A stretch of 64,000 nucleotides of DNA, from NCBI RefSeq assembly GCF_050320075.1, contig NZ_CP190018.1. The stretch is one strand, 5' to 3'. A program made the translations under genes and the position numbers. Of this stretch, positions 22,321-32,829 are shown piece after piece. Within the stretch, counting starts at the first letter, position 1; the number at the start of each line of letters is the position of its first letter. The notes under the pieces were generated by a model that was given only the letters and a program-made list of their open reading frames with translations, searched no databases and was not told the DNA's origin. The stretch comes from Escherichia coli. Lineage in GTDB: Bacteria > Pseudomonadota > Gammaproteobacteria > Enterobacterales > Enterobacteriaceae.

Positions 22321-22809
22321 TTATTGCAACTGGAAGAACCGCCGACTGGTCGAGGGAACGAACAGTAGCAACAGGATGAGCATATCCGGCAACTTCTGCA
22401 GCATCAGGCTATGGAAGATTTCACGTTTTGATTCACCGGGAATGCTGAACAGCTCCGGATAACCATACCCCAGCGAAGCTGCCCACAAGTAACTTGCGGC
22501 TGTGATTTGTGTCAACAGATACAGCCAGCGCGCCCAGCGACGCCCTTTAACCAGCGAAAACGCACACCAGATCTCAATGAAAACCAGCACCAGACTGCTC
22601 AAAAAGACCAGCGTTAAACTCCAGGTTTGTACGCTGCGATGAATGAACTCGCCAATACCGCGCACGCCCAGCGTATTGAAAATCATCAGCACGTCGAGGC
22701 CACGGATCATAATAATGGCGAGCGCCGCCACCTGCACCAGCGCAGGCACATTCAGGCGAGCATGAGATGAAGATGTTTTCTTAAAAAATCCCAACGTTTC
22801 GTCTTCCAT
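22321..22809 (-). CDS. ybjO: Inner membrane protein YbjO (DUF2593)
   Basis: 162-aa hydrophobic ORF; synteny between rlmC and potI. Confidence 0.85.
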   Translation of the reverse strand: MEDETLGFFKKTSSSHARLNVPALVQVAALAIIMIRGLDVLMIFNTLGVRGIGEFIHRSVQTWSLTLVFLSSLVLVFIEIWCAFSLVKGRRWARWLYLLTQITAASYLWAASLGYGYPELFSIPGESKREIFHSLMLQKLPDMLILLLLFVPSTSRRFFQLQ

Positions 22810-22868
22810 GAAAACAATGCCGCGACATGCGCGGCATTATGTAGCCAGGTTGGCAAATTTTAGTGTCT

Positions 22869-23714
22869 TCAGCCACGTCTTGCACGCTGGATGTCGCGTA
22901 TCCGCTGTTTTTCTGCGCGCGCCATCAGATACCAGGCGATAAATCCGACAATTCCGACCGCGCCGAGGATCAATGTTGCCAGGGCGTTGATTTCCGGATT
23001 CACCCCCATCCGCACGCTGGAAAAGACCAGCATCGGTAACGTGGTGGCTCCCGGCCCGGAAACAAAGCTGGCGATCACCAGATCATCAAGCGACAAAGTA
23101 AAAGCCAGTAACCAGCCAGAAATGATCGCGGGCATGATCATCGGTAGCGTAATGACGAAAAACACTTTCAACGGCGTCGCACCGAGATCCATCGCTGCTT
23201 CTTCTATCGAGCGATCCAGTTCCCGCAGACGCGACGAAATAACGACTGCCACATAAGCCGTACAGAAAGTGACATGCGCCAGCCAGATGGTGAGCATACC
23301 GCGGTCCGCAGGCCAGCCAATGGCATGAGCAAGCGCGACGAATAACAACAATAGCGACAAGCCCGTGATGACATCTGGCATCACCAGCGGCGCGGTGATC
23401 ATAAAGGCAAAACCATTTGATCCGCGAAACCTGCCAAAGCGCACCAGCACGACCGCCGCAATCGTCCCGAGGATCGCCGCCGCCGTCGCCGCACAGGCCG
23501 CAATTGTCAGGCTTAAACCAACCGCACTCATCATTGCGTCATCGCGCAATAACTCACCATACCAGCGTGTTGACCAGCCGGCCCACACCGTCACCAGCTT
23601 CGAGCTGTTGAATGAATAGATCACCAGCATCAGCATTGGCGCGTAGAGAAAGGTGAAGCCCAGCAGCAAAATCACAATCCGCCAGGGCGAACGAACTACC
23701 GGTAAATTATTCAT
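22869..23714 (-). CDS. potI: Putrescine ABC transporter permease
   Basis: 281 aa from ATG at 23714 (track ORF extended to 23756); start overlaps potH stop. Confidence 0.9.
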   Translation of the reverse strand: MNNLPVVRSPWRIVILLLGFTFLYAPMLMLVIYSFNSSKLVTVWAGWSTRWYGELLRDDAMMSAVGLSLTIAACAATAAAILGTIAAVVLVRFGRFRGSNGFAFMITAPLVMPDVITGLSLLLLFVALAHAIGWPADRGMLTIWLAHVTFCTAYVAVVISSRLRELDRSIEEAAMDLGATPLKVFFVITLPMIMPAIISGWLLAFTLSLDDLVIASFVSGPGATTLPMLVFSSVRMGVNPEINALATLILGAVGIVGFIAWYLMARAEKQRIRDIQRARRG

Positions 23715-24655
23715 CCGTGTTCTCCCACGCTTTTTTGCTGATGCTTGTGGAACCACATTATCGGCACAATTAGCAGCAGCAACATGATGATCGCTACCGC
23801 CGAGGCCACCGGCCAGTCGCGGTTGTTAAAGAACTCCTGCCACAGCACGCGCCCGATCATGATGCTGTCCGGGCCACCGAGCAGTTCAGGGATCACAAAC
23901 TCGCCCACAGCCGGGATAAACACCAGCATCGATCCGGCAATAATCCCGCCTTTGGTCAGCGGCACGATCACAGTAAAGAACGTTTTCAGCGGTCGTGCAC
24001 CGAGATCCAGTGCCGCTTCCACCAGCGAATAATCAATACGAATCAAGGCGGTGTAGATCGGCAGAACCATAAACGGCACGTAGGCATAAACAATGCCGAT
24101 ATAAACGGCCAGATTGGTATGCAGAATGGTCAGCGGCTGGTCGATAACCCCCAGCCACAGCAGAAAATTATTCAGCACGCCGTTATTTTTTAATATTCCC
24201 ATCCAGGCATAAACGCGAATCAGAAACGAGGTCCACGACGGCAGGATCACCAGTAGCAATAAGATATTACGGGTCGAAGGCTTACTGTGCGCCACCGCCC
24301 ACGCCAGCGGATAGCCGATCAGTAAACAGCAAATAGTCGAAATCGCCGCCACCTGTAGCGACTGGAGATAAGCATCGAAATAGAGCGGATCGTCGGTCAG
24401 TTGCAGGAAATTACCGAGATTAAGAGTGATGGAAAGTTGCCCGTCAGCCCACTCCATCAGTTCGGTATAAGGTGGAATGGCGCGCGCCATCTCCGCCAGG
24501 CTTATTTTAAAGACAATCAGAAATGGCAGCAGAAACAGCAGGATTAGCCAGATATACGGCAGCGCAATCACCAGTTTGCGCCCATGCTTCATTTGCAACT
24601 GCGACAGCCACAGCTTAAAGGGTTTTGGCTGGGCAGCAGGTTCAAGTGTACTCAT
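23711..24655 (-). CDS. potH: Putrescine ABC transporter permease
   Basis: 314-aa membrane ORF; GGAG RBS between potG stop and ATG. Confidence 0.9.
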   Translation of the reverse strand: MSTLEPAAQPKPFKLWLSQLQMKHGRKLVIALPYIWLILLFLLPFLIVFKISLAEMARAIPPYTELMEWADGQLSITLNLGNFLQLTDDPLYFDAYLQSLQVAAISTICCLLIGYPLAWAVAHSKPSTRNILLLLVILPSWTSFLIRVYAWMGILKNNGVLNNFLLWLGVIDQPLTILHTNLAVYIGIVYAYVPFMVLPIYTALIRIDYSLVEAALDLGARPLKTFFTVIVPLTKGGIIAGSMLVFIPAVGEFVIPELLGGPDSIMIGRVLWQEFFNNRDWPVASAVAIIMLLLLIVPIMWFHKHQQKSVGEHG

Positions 24656-24664
24656 CTTTGCTCC

Positions 24665-25798
24665 TTAAACCGTCAGCACCACACAGCTGTCCACTTCCCA
24701 GCACAAACGCACTTCATCGCCCCAGGTCGGTAACCCTTTACGATGACGATGGGCGTTTTGTAGCTGGGCGCTAATCATCTGCCCACTTTTCAGACGAACG
24801 TGATACACCGAAAGATCGCCGAGATAGGCAATGTGTATCACCTCCCCCACCGCGAAGTTACAACCATTGGCGGGCGGCTCTTCGCAAAGCATGATTTTTT
24901 CCGGACGCAGCGCTACGTGTACCGGCACGTTATCGACCACCGAAGCATCTACATCGACTTTCAGTGGATGCACCAGCCCCGGCGAATAAAGCACCAGACC
25001 ATCTTCCTGGCGCTTTTTGAGTACACATTCAAAGACATTAACCGAGCCAATAAATTCGGCGCTGTAGCGGGTGGTCGGATGCTCATAGATCTCTTCCGGT
25101 TCGCCAATCTGGACAAATTTCCCACGATTCATAATGGCGATGCGCCCCGCCATGGTCATCGCCTCTTCCTGATCGTGGGTGACCATCACACAAGTCACAC
25201 CGACACGCTCCAGAATATCCACCACTTCAAGCTGCATCCGGTCACGCAGCTTTTTATCCAGCGCGCCCATAGGCTCATCGAGCAGTAATAGTTTCGGGCG
25301 TTTGGCAAGGCTTCGGGCCAGGGCCACACGCTGTCGCTGACCACCGGAAAGCTGATGCGGTTTGCGTTTGGCGAACTCCTGCATATGCACCAGGCCGAGC
25401 ATCTCATTGACCCGGCTGGCAATTTCCGCTTTCGGCAATTTGTCCTGTTTCAGGCCAAAAGCGATATTCTGTTCCACGGTCATATGCGGAAACAGCGCGT
25501 AAGACTGAAACATCATATTGATGGGGCGCAGGTAAGGCGGAACCTGTGACAAATCGACGCCATCGAGCATAATCTGCCCGGCAGAAGGTTGTTCGAAACC
25601 TGCCAGCATACGCAGCAGCGTGGACTTGCCACAGCCGGATGCGCCCAGCAGCGCGAAGATTTCGCCTTTATAGATGGTCAGGCTGACATCATCGACCGCA
25701 TGCTGACCATCGTAGGATTTGGTGAGGTTGCGGATTTCTAATAGCGGCGTCAGCGCCTTACGGGTTTTCGCCTGCGGGCGAGGGATAGCGTCATTCAC
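24665..25798 (-). CDS. potG: Putrescine ABC transporter ATP-binding subunit
   Basis: 377-aa product if translation starts at GTG (plus-strand CAC 25796-25798, protein then begins MNDAIPRP); Walker A GASGCGKST, signature LSGGQRQR; track ORF extends 27 codons further upstream. Confidence 0.88.
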   Translation of the reverse strand: MNDAIPRPQAKTRKALTPLLEIRNLTKSYDGQHAVDDVSLTIYKGEIFALLGASGCGKSTLLRMLAGFEQPSAGQIMLDGVDLSQVPPYLRPINMMFQSYALFPHMTVEQNIAFGLKQDKLPKAEIASRVNEMLGLVHMQEFAKRKPHQLSGGQRQRVALARSLAKRPKLLLLDEPMGALDKKLRDRMQLEVVDILERVGVTCVMVTHDQEEAMTMAGRIAIMNRGKFVQIGEPEEIYEHPTTRYSAEFIGSVNVFECVLKKRQEDGLVLYSPGLVHPLKVDVDASVVDNVPVHVALRPEKIMLCEEPPANGCNFAVGEVIHIAYLGDLSVYHVRLKSGQMISAQLQNAHRHRKGLPTWGDEVRLCWEVDSCVVLTV

Positions 25799-25892
25799 GG
25801 CAGCTCTCCGGCATTGAATGTGTGCAAGCGCACCATAATGGTGCGAATTGCCGGCGGGTGTGGTGCGCCCGTCCGGCATCTACGACTGCGGA

Positions 25893-27005
25893 TTATTTTC
25901 CGCTCTTCACTTTGGTCCACGCGCGGGTGCGCACACGGTCGATTTTCGGATCCTGTACTTTCAGAGTGAACAGCTTCGCACGAACATCCGCAGGCGGGTA
26001 AATACCCGGGTTATCACGGACTTCCGCACTCACCAGCGGCGTAGCTGCTTTATTGGCGTTAGCATAGAACACATGGTCGGAAATATGCGCCACCACATCC
26101 GGGCGCAGCAGGTAATTCAGGAACTGATAGGCTTCGTCTTTATTTTTGGCATCCGCAGGCATGGCGAAGACATCAAAGAACGCCATCGCCCCTTCTTTCG
26201 GAATCGAGAACGAGACATTAACGCCATTCTTCGCTTCCTTCGCGCGGTTTGACGCCTGCCAGACATCGCCCGCCCAGCCAATAGCGACGCAGATATCGCC
26301 GTTTGCCAGGTCGTTAATGTATTGCGATGAATGGAAATAACGAATGTTCGGGCGCAGCTTTAACAGCAGATCGGTTGCCGGTCCGGTGTAATCATCTGCT
26401 TTAGTGCTGTTGGGATCTTTACCGAGATAATTCAGCACGGTAGCAAACACTTCTTCCGGTGCATCAAGGAAAGAGACGCCGCAGCTTTTCAGTTTTTCCA
26501 GATTTTCAGGCTTGAGGATCAAGTCCCAGCTATCGACGGGCGCGTTTTCGCCCAGCACCGCTTTAACTTTATCAACGTTATAGCCAATCCCGGTCGTCGC
26601 CCACATATAGGGCATAGCAAATTTATTATCCGGGTCGTGTTTGGCAACCAACTTCAGCAGTTCCGGGTCGAGATTCTTCCACTCCGGCAATTTACTTTTA
26701 TCCAGCGGCTGGAAAACTCCCGCAGTCAACTGGCGTTCAAGAAAGCTTGCTGACGGCACCACCAGGTCAAAGCCGGTGCTACCCGCCATTAATTTGCCTT
26801 CCAGTACTTCGTTAGAGTCGAAAACATCGTAGACGACTTTAATACCGGTTTCTTTTTCAAAATTGGCCACCGTGTCCGGGGCGATATAATCAGACCAGTT
26901 ATAAATGTGGAGTGTTTTTTGTTCAGCCGCGAGCGTGCCGACAGAGACGGCCATCAGAGCACCCGCAACCAGACCCGATAGCCATTTTTTATTTAAGGCG
27001 GTCAT
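25893..27005 (-). CDS. potF: Putrescine-binding periplasmic protein
   Basis: 370 aa from ATG at 27005 (MTALNKKWLSGLVAGALMAVSVGTLA signal peptide); track ORF is a 50-codon upstream extension. Confidence 0.92.
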   Translation of the reverse strand: MTALNKKWLSGLVAGALMAVSVGTLAAEQKTLHIYNWSDYIAPDTVANFEKETGIKVVYDVFDSNEVLEGKLMAGSTGFDLVVPSASFLERQLTAGVFQPLDKSKLPEWKNLDPELLKLVAKHDPDNKFAMPYMWATTGIGYNVDKVKAVLGENAPVDSWDLILKPENLEKLKSCGVSFLDAPEEVFATVLNYLGKDPNSTKADDYTGPATDLLLKLRPNIRYFHSSQYINDLANGDICVAIGWAGDVWQASNRAKEAKNGVNVSFSIPKEGAMAFFDVFAMPADAKNKDEAYQFLNYLLRPDVVAHISDHVFYANANKAATPLVSAEVRDNPGIYPPADVRAKLFTLKVQDPKIDRVRTRAWTKVKSGK

Positions 27006-27064
27006 ATCTCTTTCCTTCTGAAAGTTCGTTAACAAACGAACAAAAGTTGTCACACTGAAAGATA

Positions 27065-27080
27065 TGCAATAAACGTGCAT
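27065..27080 (-). promoter_or_regulatory. Candidate sigma-54 (-24/-12)-type promoter upstream of potF
   Basis: Minus-strand reading ATGCAC-GTTTA-TTGCA approximates GGCAC-N5-TTGC; nitrogen regulation of potFGHI is from memory. Confidence 0.25.
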
Positions 27081-27355
27081 ATTTTTTATCGGCGCGGTGT
27101 AAGAAAAGAGAACTCTCTCCCGGCCAGCACTGCTCGCTATATAAAAGCATCGCAAGAATAACTTTAGCCAGGGTTTGAGACTATAGCTCGGATTAAAAAA
27201 CGGTATTTAACAAATTTTTATGCGTATTTGCTCTATGTGATAAAGCCAAATCGGCACAAGAGAAGTGAAATAATCTTTAAGAAAAGGTTAAAAACAGCAG
27301 ATAATTTTGCAGCACGCAGTCACTGCGGCAGCGACTGCGTACTCGAAAGGAGTTA

Positions 27356-27832
27356 TCAGTGGAGGAAATAGTTTTCGGTAACGTTGTTTTGCCCTTCATC
27401 GTCAGTCGGTAACAGCAGTTGATGGGCATTAGCTTCAAGAATGACCATCGAAATCTGCTCTTCGCTCTGACGCACGAACCATGCAAACTGCTCATAGGTT
27501 ACGCCCTGCATAACGGATAAAGACTGGCAAACCACCAGCTTTGGCAGATTATCATCCTGCATATCAAGAAATGCTTTCACGGTCAGCGAACTGGCATTGA
27601 TGGCAGATAAATCTGCCGCCAGGGGCAATACGGCTGAAGGTCGGACTTCCGCCATGGCAGAAAACAGGATCGTGTTATCGATCAGATCGATTTTGGCATC
27701 AAAGACACCGTCGAAATTCTGCATATGGGGCAGATGCAGAGCCTGACAGTTATCACATTCAAAAAAACTCATCCCCAGGTCATCGAGCCATTGACGCAGC
27801 GTATCCAGACCAGGAACGACCAGCGATGTCAT
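27356..27832 (-). CDS. ybjN: Putative sensory-transduction regulator YbjN
   Basis: 158 aa from ATG at 27832; last gene of the ybjC-nfsA-rimK-ybjN cluster. Confidence 0.88.
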   Translation of the reverse strand: MTSLVVPGLDTLRQWLDDLGMSFFECDNCQALHLPHMQNFDGVFDAKIDLIDNTILFSAMAEVRPSAVLPLAADLSAINASSLTVKAFLDMQDDNLPKLVVCQSLSVMQGVTYEQFAWFVRQSEEQISMVILEANAHQLLLPTDDEGQNNVTENYFLH

Positions 27833-27919
27833 AATTTTGTACAACCTCTTTCGATAAAAAGACCGGCACAGCTTACGCAAAAAGCGCAGGCAAAACCATG
27901 ATCAGTAATGTGATTGCGA

Positions 27920-28822
27920 CTAACCACCCGTTTTCAGGCAATATTCTGTCGTAGCGTGGCGTTCGATCCAGCGGATCATTTTACCCGCGATGTCGATACC
28001 GGTGGTTTTTTCTATTCCTTCCAGCCCCGGCGACGCATTCACTTCCATCACCAACGGCCCGCGATTAGCACGCAGAATATCCACACCAGCAACGTCCAGC
28101 GCCATCGTTCGCGCGGCTTTTATCGCGATTTCACGCTCCTGTGGTGTGATACTGGCGACGCTTGCCGCGCCGCCACGATGCAAATTGGAACGAAAATCGC
28201 CCTCTTTCGCCCGCCGTTCAATCGCAGCGACCACTTCATCGCCAACAACCAGACAGCGGATATCGCACCCTTGCGCCTCTTTGATATATTCCTGCACCAG
28301 AATATGCGCGTTCAGACCGCGGAAAGCGTCAATCACGCTTTCGGCCGCCTGACGCGTCTCCGCCAGCACGACGCCAATTCCCTGCGTGCCTTCAACCAAC
28401 TTGACCACCAGCGGCGCACCACCGACCATGTCGATTAAATCGCTGGTATCATCCGGCGAATGCGCAATGCCCGTGACAGGCAGGTCGATGCCCTGACGCG
28501 CCAGCAGTTGCATGGAACGCAATTTGTCACGCGCCCGGGCAATGGCGACCGACTCATTGAGCGGATAGCTCCCCAGCATCTCGAACTGGCGCAGTGCCGC
28601 CGTCCCATAAAAGGTAATGGCGGTGCCAATACGCGGGATCACTGCGTCAAAATGGGGTAACTTGCGGCCTTTGTAGTGAATAGAAGACGCCGCAGGATTT
28701 ATGTTCATGTAGCAAGAAAGCGGATCAAGAATTTCAACCAGGTGACCGCGCTGTATAGCGGCTTCACGCAGCCGCTTACACGAATAGAGCGTTCCATCCC
28801 GGGACAATATGGCAATTTTCAC
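27920..28822 (-). CDS. rimK: Ribosomal protein S6 glutamate ligase RimK (ATP-grasp)
   Basis: 300-aa [21 protein letters not shown]... with ATP-grasp fold. Confidence 0.93.
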   Translation of the reverse strand: MKIAILSRDGTLYSCKRLREAAIQRGHLVEILDPLSCYMNINPAASSIHYKGRKLPHFDAVIPRIGTAITFYGTAALRQFEMLGSYPLNESVAIARARDKLRSMQLLARQGIDLPVTGIAHSPDDTSDLIDMVGGAPLVVKLVEGTQGIGVVLAETRQAAESVIDAFRGLNAHILVQEYIKEAQGCDIRCLVVGDEVVAAIERRAKEGDFRSNLHRGGAASVASITPQEREIAIKAARTMALDVAGVDILRANRGPLVMEVNASPGLEGIEKTTGIDIAGKMIRWIERHATTEYCLKTGG

Positions 28823-28882
28823 CCTGCACCTCTCTGTCAGACCTGGTCAAAAGCCCGCGTATCATACATCGGCGTGGCGGTT

Positions 28883-29605
28883 TTAGCGCGTAGCCCAACC
28901 CTGTTTGTGCAAATAATCCAGTATAAATGGGCGGCTTTCTTTAATGATTGTTCGGCGGATATGATCGCTCCAGGTATCCCGGCGATTATTGCTGCCACGG
29001 GTGAGGTTATATTCCGCCAGTTGTTCGTCATACTGCGCCAGTGCGTCTTTATCCAGCGGTTGATAGTTGTTTTCATGCACCAAAATGGAGGCCGGTAAAC
29101 GCGGCTTAAGATCCGGATTATCCGCAGGCCAGCCAAGGCACAGCCCAAACAGCGGCAGAACATGCTGCGGTAATTTCAGCAGTTCCGTCACCGCTTCAAT
29201 ATTATTGCGCAGGCCGCCGATATATACCCCGCCCAATCCCAGCGATTCCGCTGCGGTTAACGCATTCTGCGCCATCATTGCCGTATCAACGACACCGAGC
29301 AGCAATTGTTCCGCCAGGCCGAGCTGAGCATCCGGACAGATCTGTAAATGGCGGTTAAAGTCGGCACAGAACACCCAGAACTCCGCCGCTTGCGCTACGT
29401 GTTTTTGCCCGCCGGTCAGCGTCACCAGTTCATCACGTAACGCTTTGTCGGTAATGCGAATAATGCTACTGCACTGCAAAAAACTGGAACTGGACGTCGC
29501 ACGGGCGCTGTTAATAATCGCCTCACGCTGCGCTTCGGAAATGGGTTCATCAGTGAAATGGCGAATGGAGCGATGGCCACAAATAAGTTCAATGGTTGGC
29601 GTCAT
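28883..29605 (-). CDS. nfsA: Oxygen-insensitive NADPH nitroreductase NfsA
   Basis: 240-aa ORF MTPTIELICGHRSIRHFTDEPIS...; nitroreductase fold. Confidence 0.93.
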   Translation of the reverse strand: MTPTIELICGHRSIRHFTDEPISEAQREAIINSARATSSSSFLQCSSIIRITDKALRDELVTLTGGQKHVAQAAEFWVFCADFNRHLQICPDAQLGLAEQLLLGVVDTAMMAQNALTAAESLGLGGVYIGGLRNNIEAVTELLKLPQHVLPLFGLCLGWPADNPDLKPRLPASILVHENNYQPLDKDALAQYDEQLAEYNLTRGSNNRRDTWSDHIRRTIIKESRPFILDYLHKQGWATR

Positions 29606-29876
29606 TATCTTTTTCTCTTTCTGAACGTGAATATTGCGGTGGACGGTTCATCAGCTGTGGGGCAAGACGTTTTGCCACCTGAAGAATAACCACCACCGCT
29701 GTGGGAAGCATGAGCAAAACACCGAGAAAAATCATCAGAATCTGCACTTCTGGCCGAGAAAATGGCTCAGGCAGCGACAGGGAGCCGCTTACCGACAGCA
29801 GCGCCACCGCCAGCAACATCATTCCGATAAATTCCAGTATCAACACGCTTTTAGGCAATTTACCGATCGCGCGCAT
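29589..29876 (-). CDS. ybjC: Small membrane protein YbjC
   Basis: 95-aa hydrophobic ORF whose stop overlaps the nfsA start (17-bp overlap). Confidence 0.85.
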   Translation of the reverse strand: MRAIGKLPKSVLILEFIGMMLLAVALLSVSGSLSLPEPFSRPEVQILMIFLGVLLMLPTAVVVILQVAKRLAPQLMNRPPQYSRSEREKDNDANH

Positions 29877-30035
29877 ACGCTTCCCTCTGCAAAGTGAGCC
29901 TTCAGTCTAAAACTTTTCACTGTATTGTGTTTAACAGTTATAGCTTTTAGCAATTAATGCAACAGGTTAAACCTACTTTCAGCGAATACATTTTAGCGTG
30001 ATCATTACAGGCATAAATCTATGAGGAGAGAAATA

Positions 30036-30293
30036 ATGCAAACCGTTATTTTTGGTCGTCCGGGTTGCCCTTACTGTGTGCGTGCAAAAGATCTGGCTGA
30101 GAAATTGAGCAATGAACGCGATGATTTTCAGTATCAGTATGTTGATATTCGTGCGGAAGGGATCACTAAAGAAGATCTACAACAAAAGGCAGGTAAACCC
30201 GTAGAAACCGTGCCGCAGATTTTTGTCGATCAGCAACATATCGGCGGCTATACCGATTTTGCTGCATGGGTGAAAGAGAATCTGGACGCCTGA
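30036..30293 (+). CDS. grxA: Glutaredoxin 1
   Basis: 85 aa from ATG 30036 (GAGGAGAG RBS); CPYC active site. Confidence 0.95.
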   Translation: MQTVIFGRPGCPYCVRAKDLAEKLSNERDDFQYQYVDIRAEGITKEDLQQKAGKPVETVPQIFVDQQHIGGYTDFAAWVKENLDA

Positions 30294-30303
30294 TCGTCTG
30301 ACA

Positions 30304-30336
30304 AGCCCTCGCGTTGAGGGCTTTATTGATTTTTTC
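30304..30336 (+). terminator. Rho-independent terminator of grxA
   Basis: AGCCCTC-GCGTT-GAGGGCT hairpin followed by a T-rich run. Confidence 0.75.
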
Positions 30337-30700
30337 TGTGCTGTGGTTTAAACAAACTACTGATAAATAAGAAACACAGTGCCCCCAGCGCACACCAGAA
30401 CACCGCACTTAATAACCATGCCAGCTCTTGCCAGAATGAGCGCGTCGGTGAAAAAAACAGCCGCATAATAAGCATTGAACAGGGTGCCGCCAGCATTGCG
30501 CCAAACAGAGGTTTCAGGACTTCTCTACGCTGTGAAAAGAAGCTGGCAACTGCTCCAGGAAGAATGAAAAACAGCAAGCCGATTTCAGGATGCCCGGCAG
30601 CCCGAAAAGCGCCTTTCATATGCGTCGCCAGAAAAAGGCACACCACAATGAAGAGGACAAAACAGCAGATTGCCCCCGCCCAACGTTGTTTATGTTTCAC
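30323..30700 (-). CDS. ybjM: Inner membrane protein YbjM
   Basis: 125-aa ORF with four predicted TM segments; convergent with grxA. Confidence 0.85.
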   Translation of the reverse strand: MKHKQRWAGAICCFVLFIVVCLFLATHMKGAFRAAGHPEIGLLFFILPGAVASFFSQRREVLKPLFGAMLAAPCSMLIMRLFFSPTRSFWQELAWLLSAVFWCALGALCFLFISSLFKPQHRKNQ

Positions 30701-30969
30701 TCGTTCCTCCTGACACTGCGTCTATCGAACACATTTTTCGCCAGTGTGGCGTTCAGTAAGATAAAGCCGCTTCGCATTCCATGCTAATATAGGCCAACGC
30801 AATTCATATAGCCGTTGATACCTAATGTGATTACACTAGTAAAATATATTGTTACTTTACTATCGTTTAGGTGCGCTGAATGAATCTGCGCCCTGAATTC
30901 TGGTAAAAAACATTATCGTAAATTACCATTTCTTTCAACAGCTTACTAGTAAACAAGAAGTTAGCCTCC

Positions 30970-32655
30970 GTGAATATAAACGTCGCCGAATTGTTAAATG
31001 GGAATTACATTCTGTTATTATTTGTGGTCCTCGCGCTTGGGCTATGTCTCGGGAAATTACGACTTGGTTCGATCCAACTGGGTAATTCCATTGGCGTTTT
31101 AGTCGTATCGCTGTTATTAGGCCAACAACATTTCAGCATTAACACCGACGCGCTTAATCTTGGCTTTATGCTGTTTATTTTCTGCGTCGGGGTCGAAGCC
31201 GGACCGAACTTTTTTTCCATTTTTTTTCGCGATGGGAAAAATTACCTAATGTTAGCACTGGTGATGGTTGGCAGTGCGCTGGTGATCGCCTTAGGGTTAG
31301 GTAAGCTGTTTGGCTGGGATATTGGCCTGACGGCCGGTATGTTAGCAGGCTCTATGACGTCGACACCGGTTCTGGTCGGTGCTGGCGATACACTGCGTCA
31401 TTCCGGCATGGAAAGCAGGCAGCTCTCACTGGCACTGGATAATCTGAGCCTCGGGTATGCCTTAACCTATTTAATCGGTCTGGTGAGTTTGATTGTTGGT
31501 GCGCGTTACTTGCCGAAATTGCAGCATCAGGACTTACAGACCAGCGCCCAGCAAATCGCCCGCGAACGTGGCCTGGACACAGATGCCAACCGTAAGGTTT
31601 ATTTGCCGGTGATCCGCGCCTACCGCGTCGGCCCGGAGCTGGTAGCCTGGACCGACGGCAAAAATCTGCGTGAACTGGGTATTTATCGACAAACCGGCTG
31701 CTACATTGAACGTATTCGGCGTAACGGGATTCTGGCAAATCCAGACGGTGATGCCGTACTACAAATGGGCGATGAAATAGCGTTGGTAGGCTATCCTGAC
31801 GCCCACGCCCGACTCGATCCCAGTTTCCGTAATGGCAAAGAAGTTTTCGATCGTGACCTTCTCGACATGCGTATCGTCACTGAAGAAGTGGTCGTTAAAA
31901 ACCATAACGCTGTTGGCAAACGCCTGGCACAACTGAAGTTGACCGATCACGGTTGCTTCCTTAACCGCGTCATTCGTAGCCAGATTGAGATGCCGATTGA
32001 TGACAACGTCGTGCTTAACAAAGGTGACGTTTTACAAGTCAGCGGCGATGCCCGCCGGGTAAAAACCATCGCCGATCGCATCGGCTTTATCTCGATTCAC
32101 AGCCAGGTCACTGACTTGCTGGCATTCTGCGCCTTCTTTGTTATTGGGCTGATGATCGGGATGATCACCTTCCAGTTCAGCACATTCAGTTTCGGCATGG
32201 GGAACGCTGCCGGGTTGTTATTCGCCGGAATTATGCTGGGCTTTATGCGTGCTAACCACCCGACCTTCGGTTACATTCCGCAGGGTGCATTAAGCATGGT
32301 GAAGGAGTTCGGCTTGATGGTGTTTATGGCAGGCGTTGGTCTGAGCGCTGGTAGCGGTATTAATAACGGCCTGGGCGCGATTGGCGGTCAGATGTTGATT
32401 GCCGGATTGATTGTCAGTCTGGTGCCAGTGGTTATCTGCTTCTTGTTCGGTGCTTATGTATTGCGAATGAACCGCGCACTGTTGTTCGGCGCAATGATGG
32501 GCGCACGCACCTGCGCGCCGGCAATGGAGATCATCAGTGATACAGCTCGCAGTAATATCCCGGCGCTGGGCTATGCGGGCACTTACGCAATCGCCAACGT
32601 CCTGCTGACGCTGGCAGGGACAATCATCGTCATGGTATGGCCAGGATTAGGATAA
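30970..32655 (+). CDS. ybjL: Putative transporter YbjL (AAE family, two TrkA-C/RCK_C domains)
   Basis: 561-aa ORF starting at GTG 30970; N- and C-terminal membrane halves separated by a soluble regulatory region. Confidence 0.9.
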
Positions 32656-32697
32656 AACTGAAGTTGCCCTGAAAATGAAATTTTTTTGCACAACAGC

Positions 32698-32726
32698 AGA
32701 ACTTTTCCGCAGGGCATCAGTCTTAA
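32698..32726 (+). promoter_or_regulatory. Sigma-E-type promoter of rybB
   Basis: AGAACTT (-35) then 16-bp spacer then TCTTAA (-10), positioned to start transcription at about 32732. Confidence 0.55.
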
Positions 32727-32731
32727 TTAGT

Positions 32732-32810
32732 GCCACTGCTTTTCTTTGATGTCCCCATTTTGTGGAGCCCATCAACCCCGCCATTTTGGTTCAAGGTTGG
32801 TGGGTTTTTT
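32732..32810 (+). ncRNA. rybB: RybB small regulatory RNA (sigma-E-dependent, Hfq-binding)
   Basis: GCCACTGCTTTTCTTTGATGTCCCC... followed by terminator hairpin and TTTTTT; near-exact match to the RybB sequence as I remember it; sits between ybjL and rcdA. Confidence 0.85.
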
Positions 32811-32829
32811 GTTGCCTAAAATTTATCTA

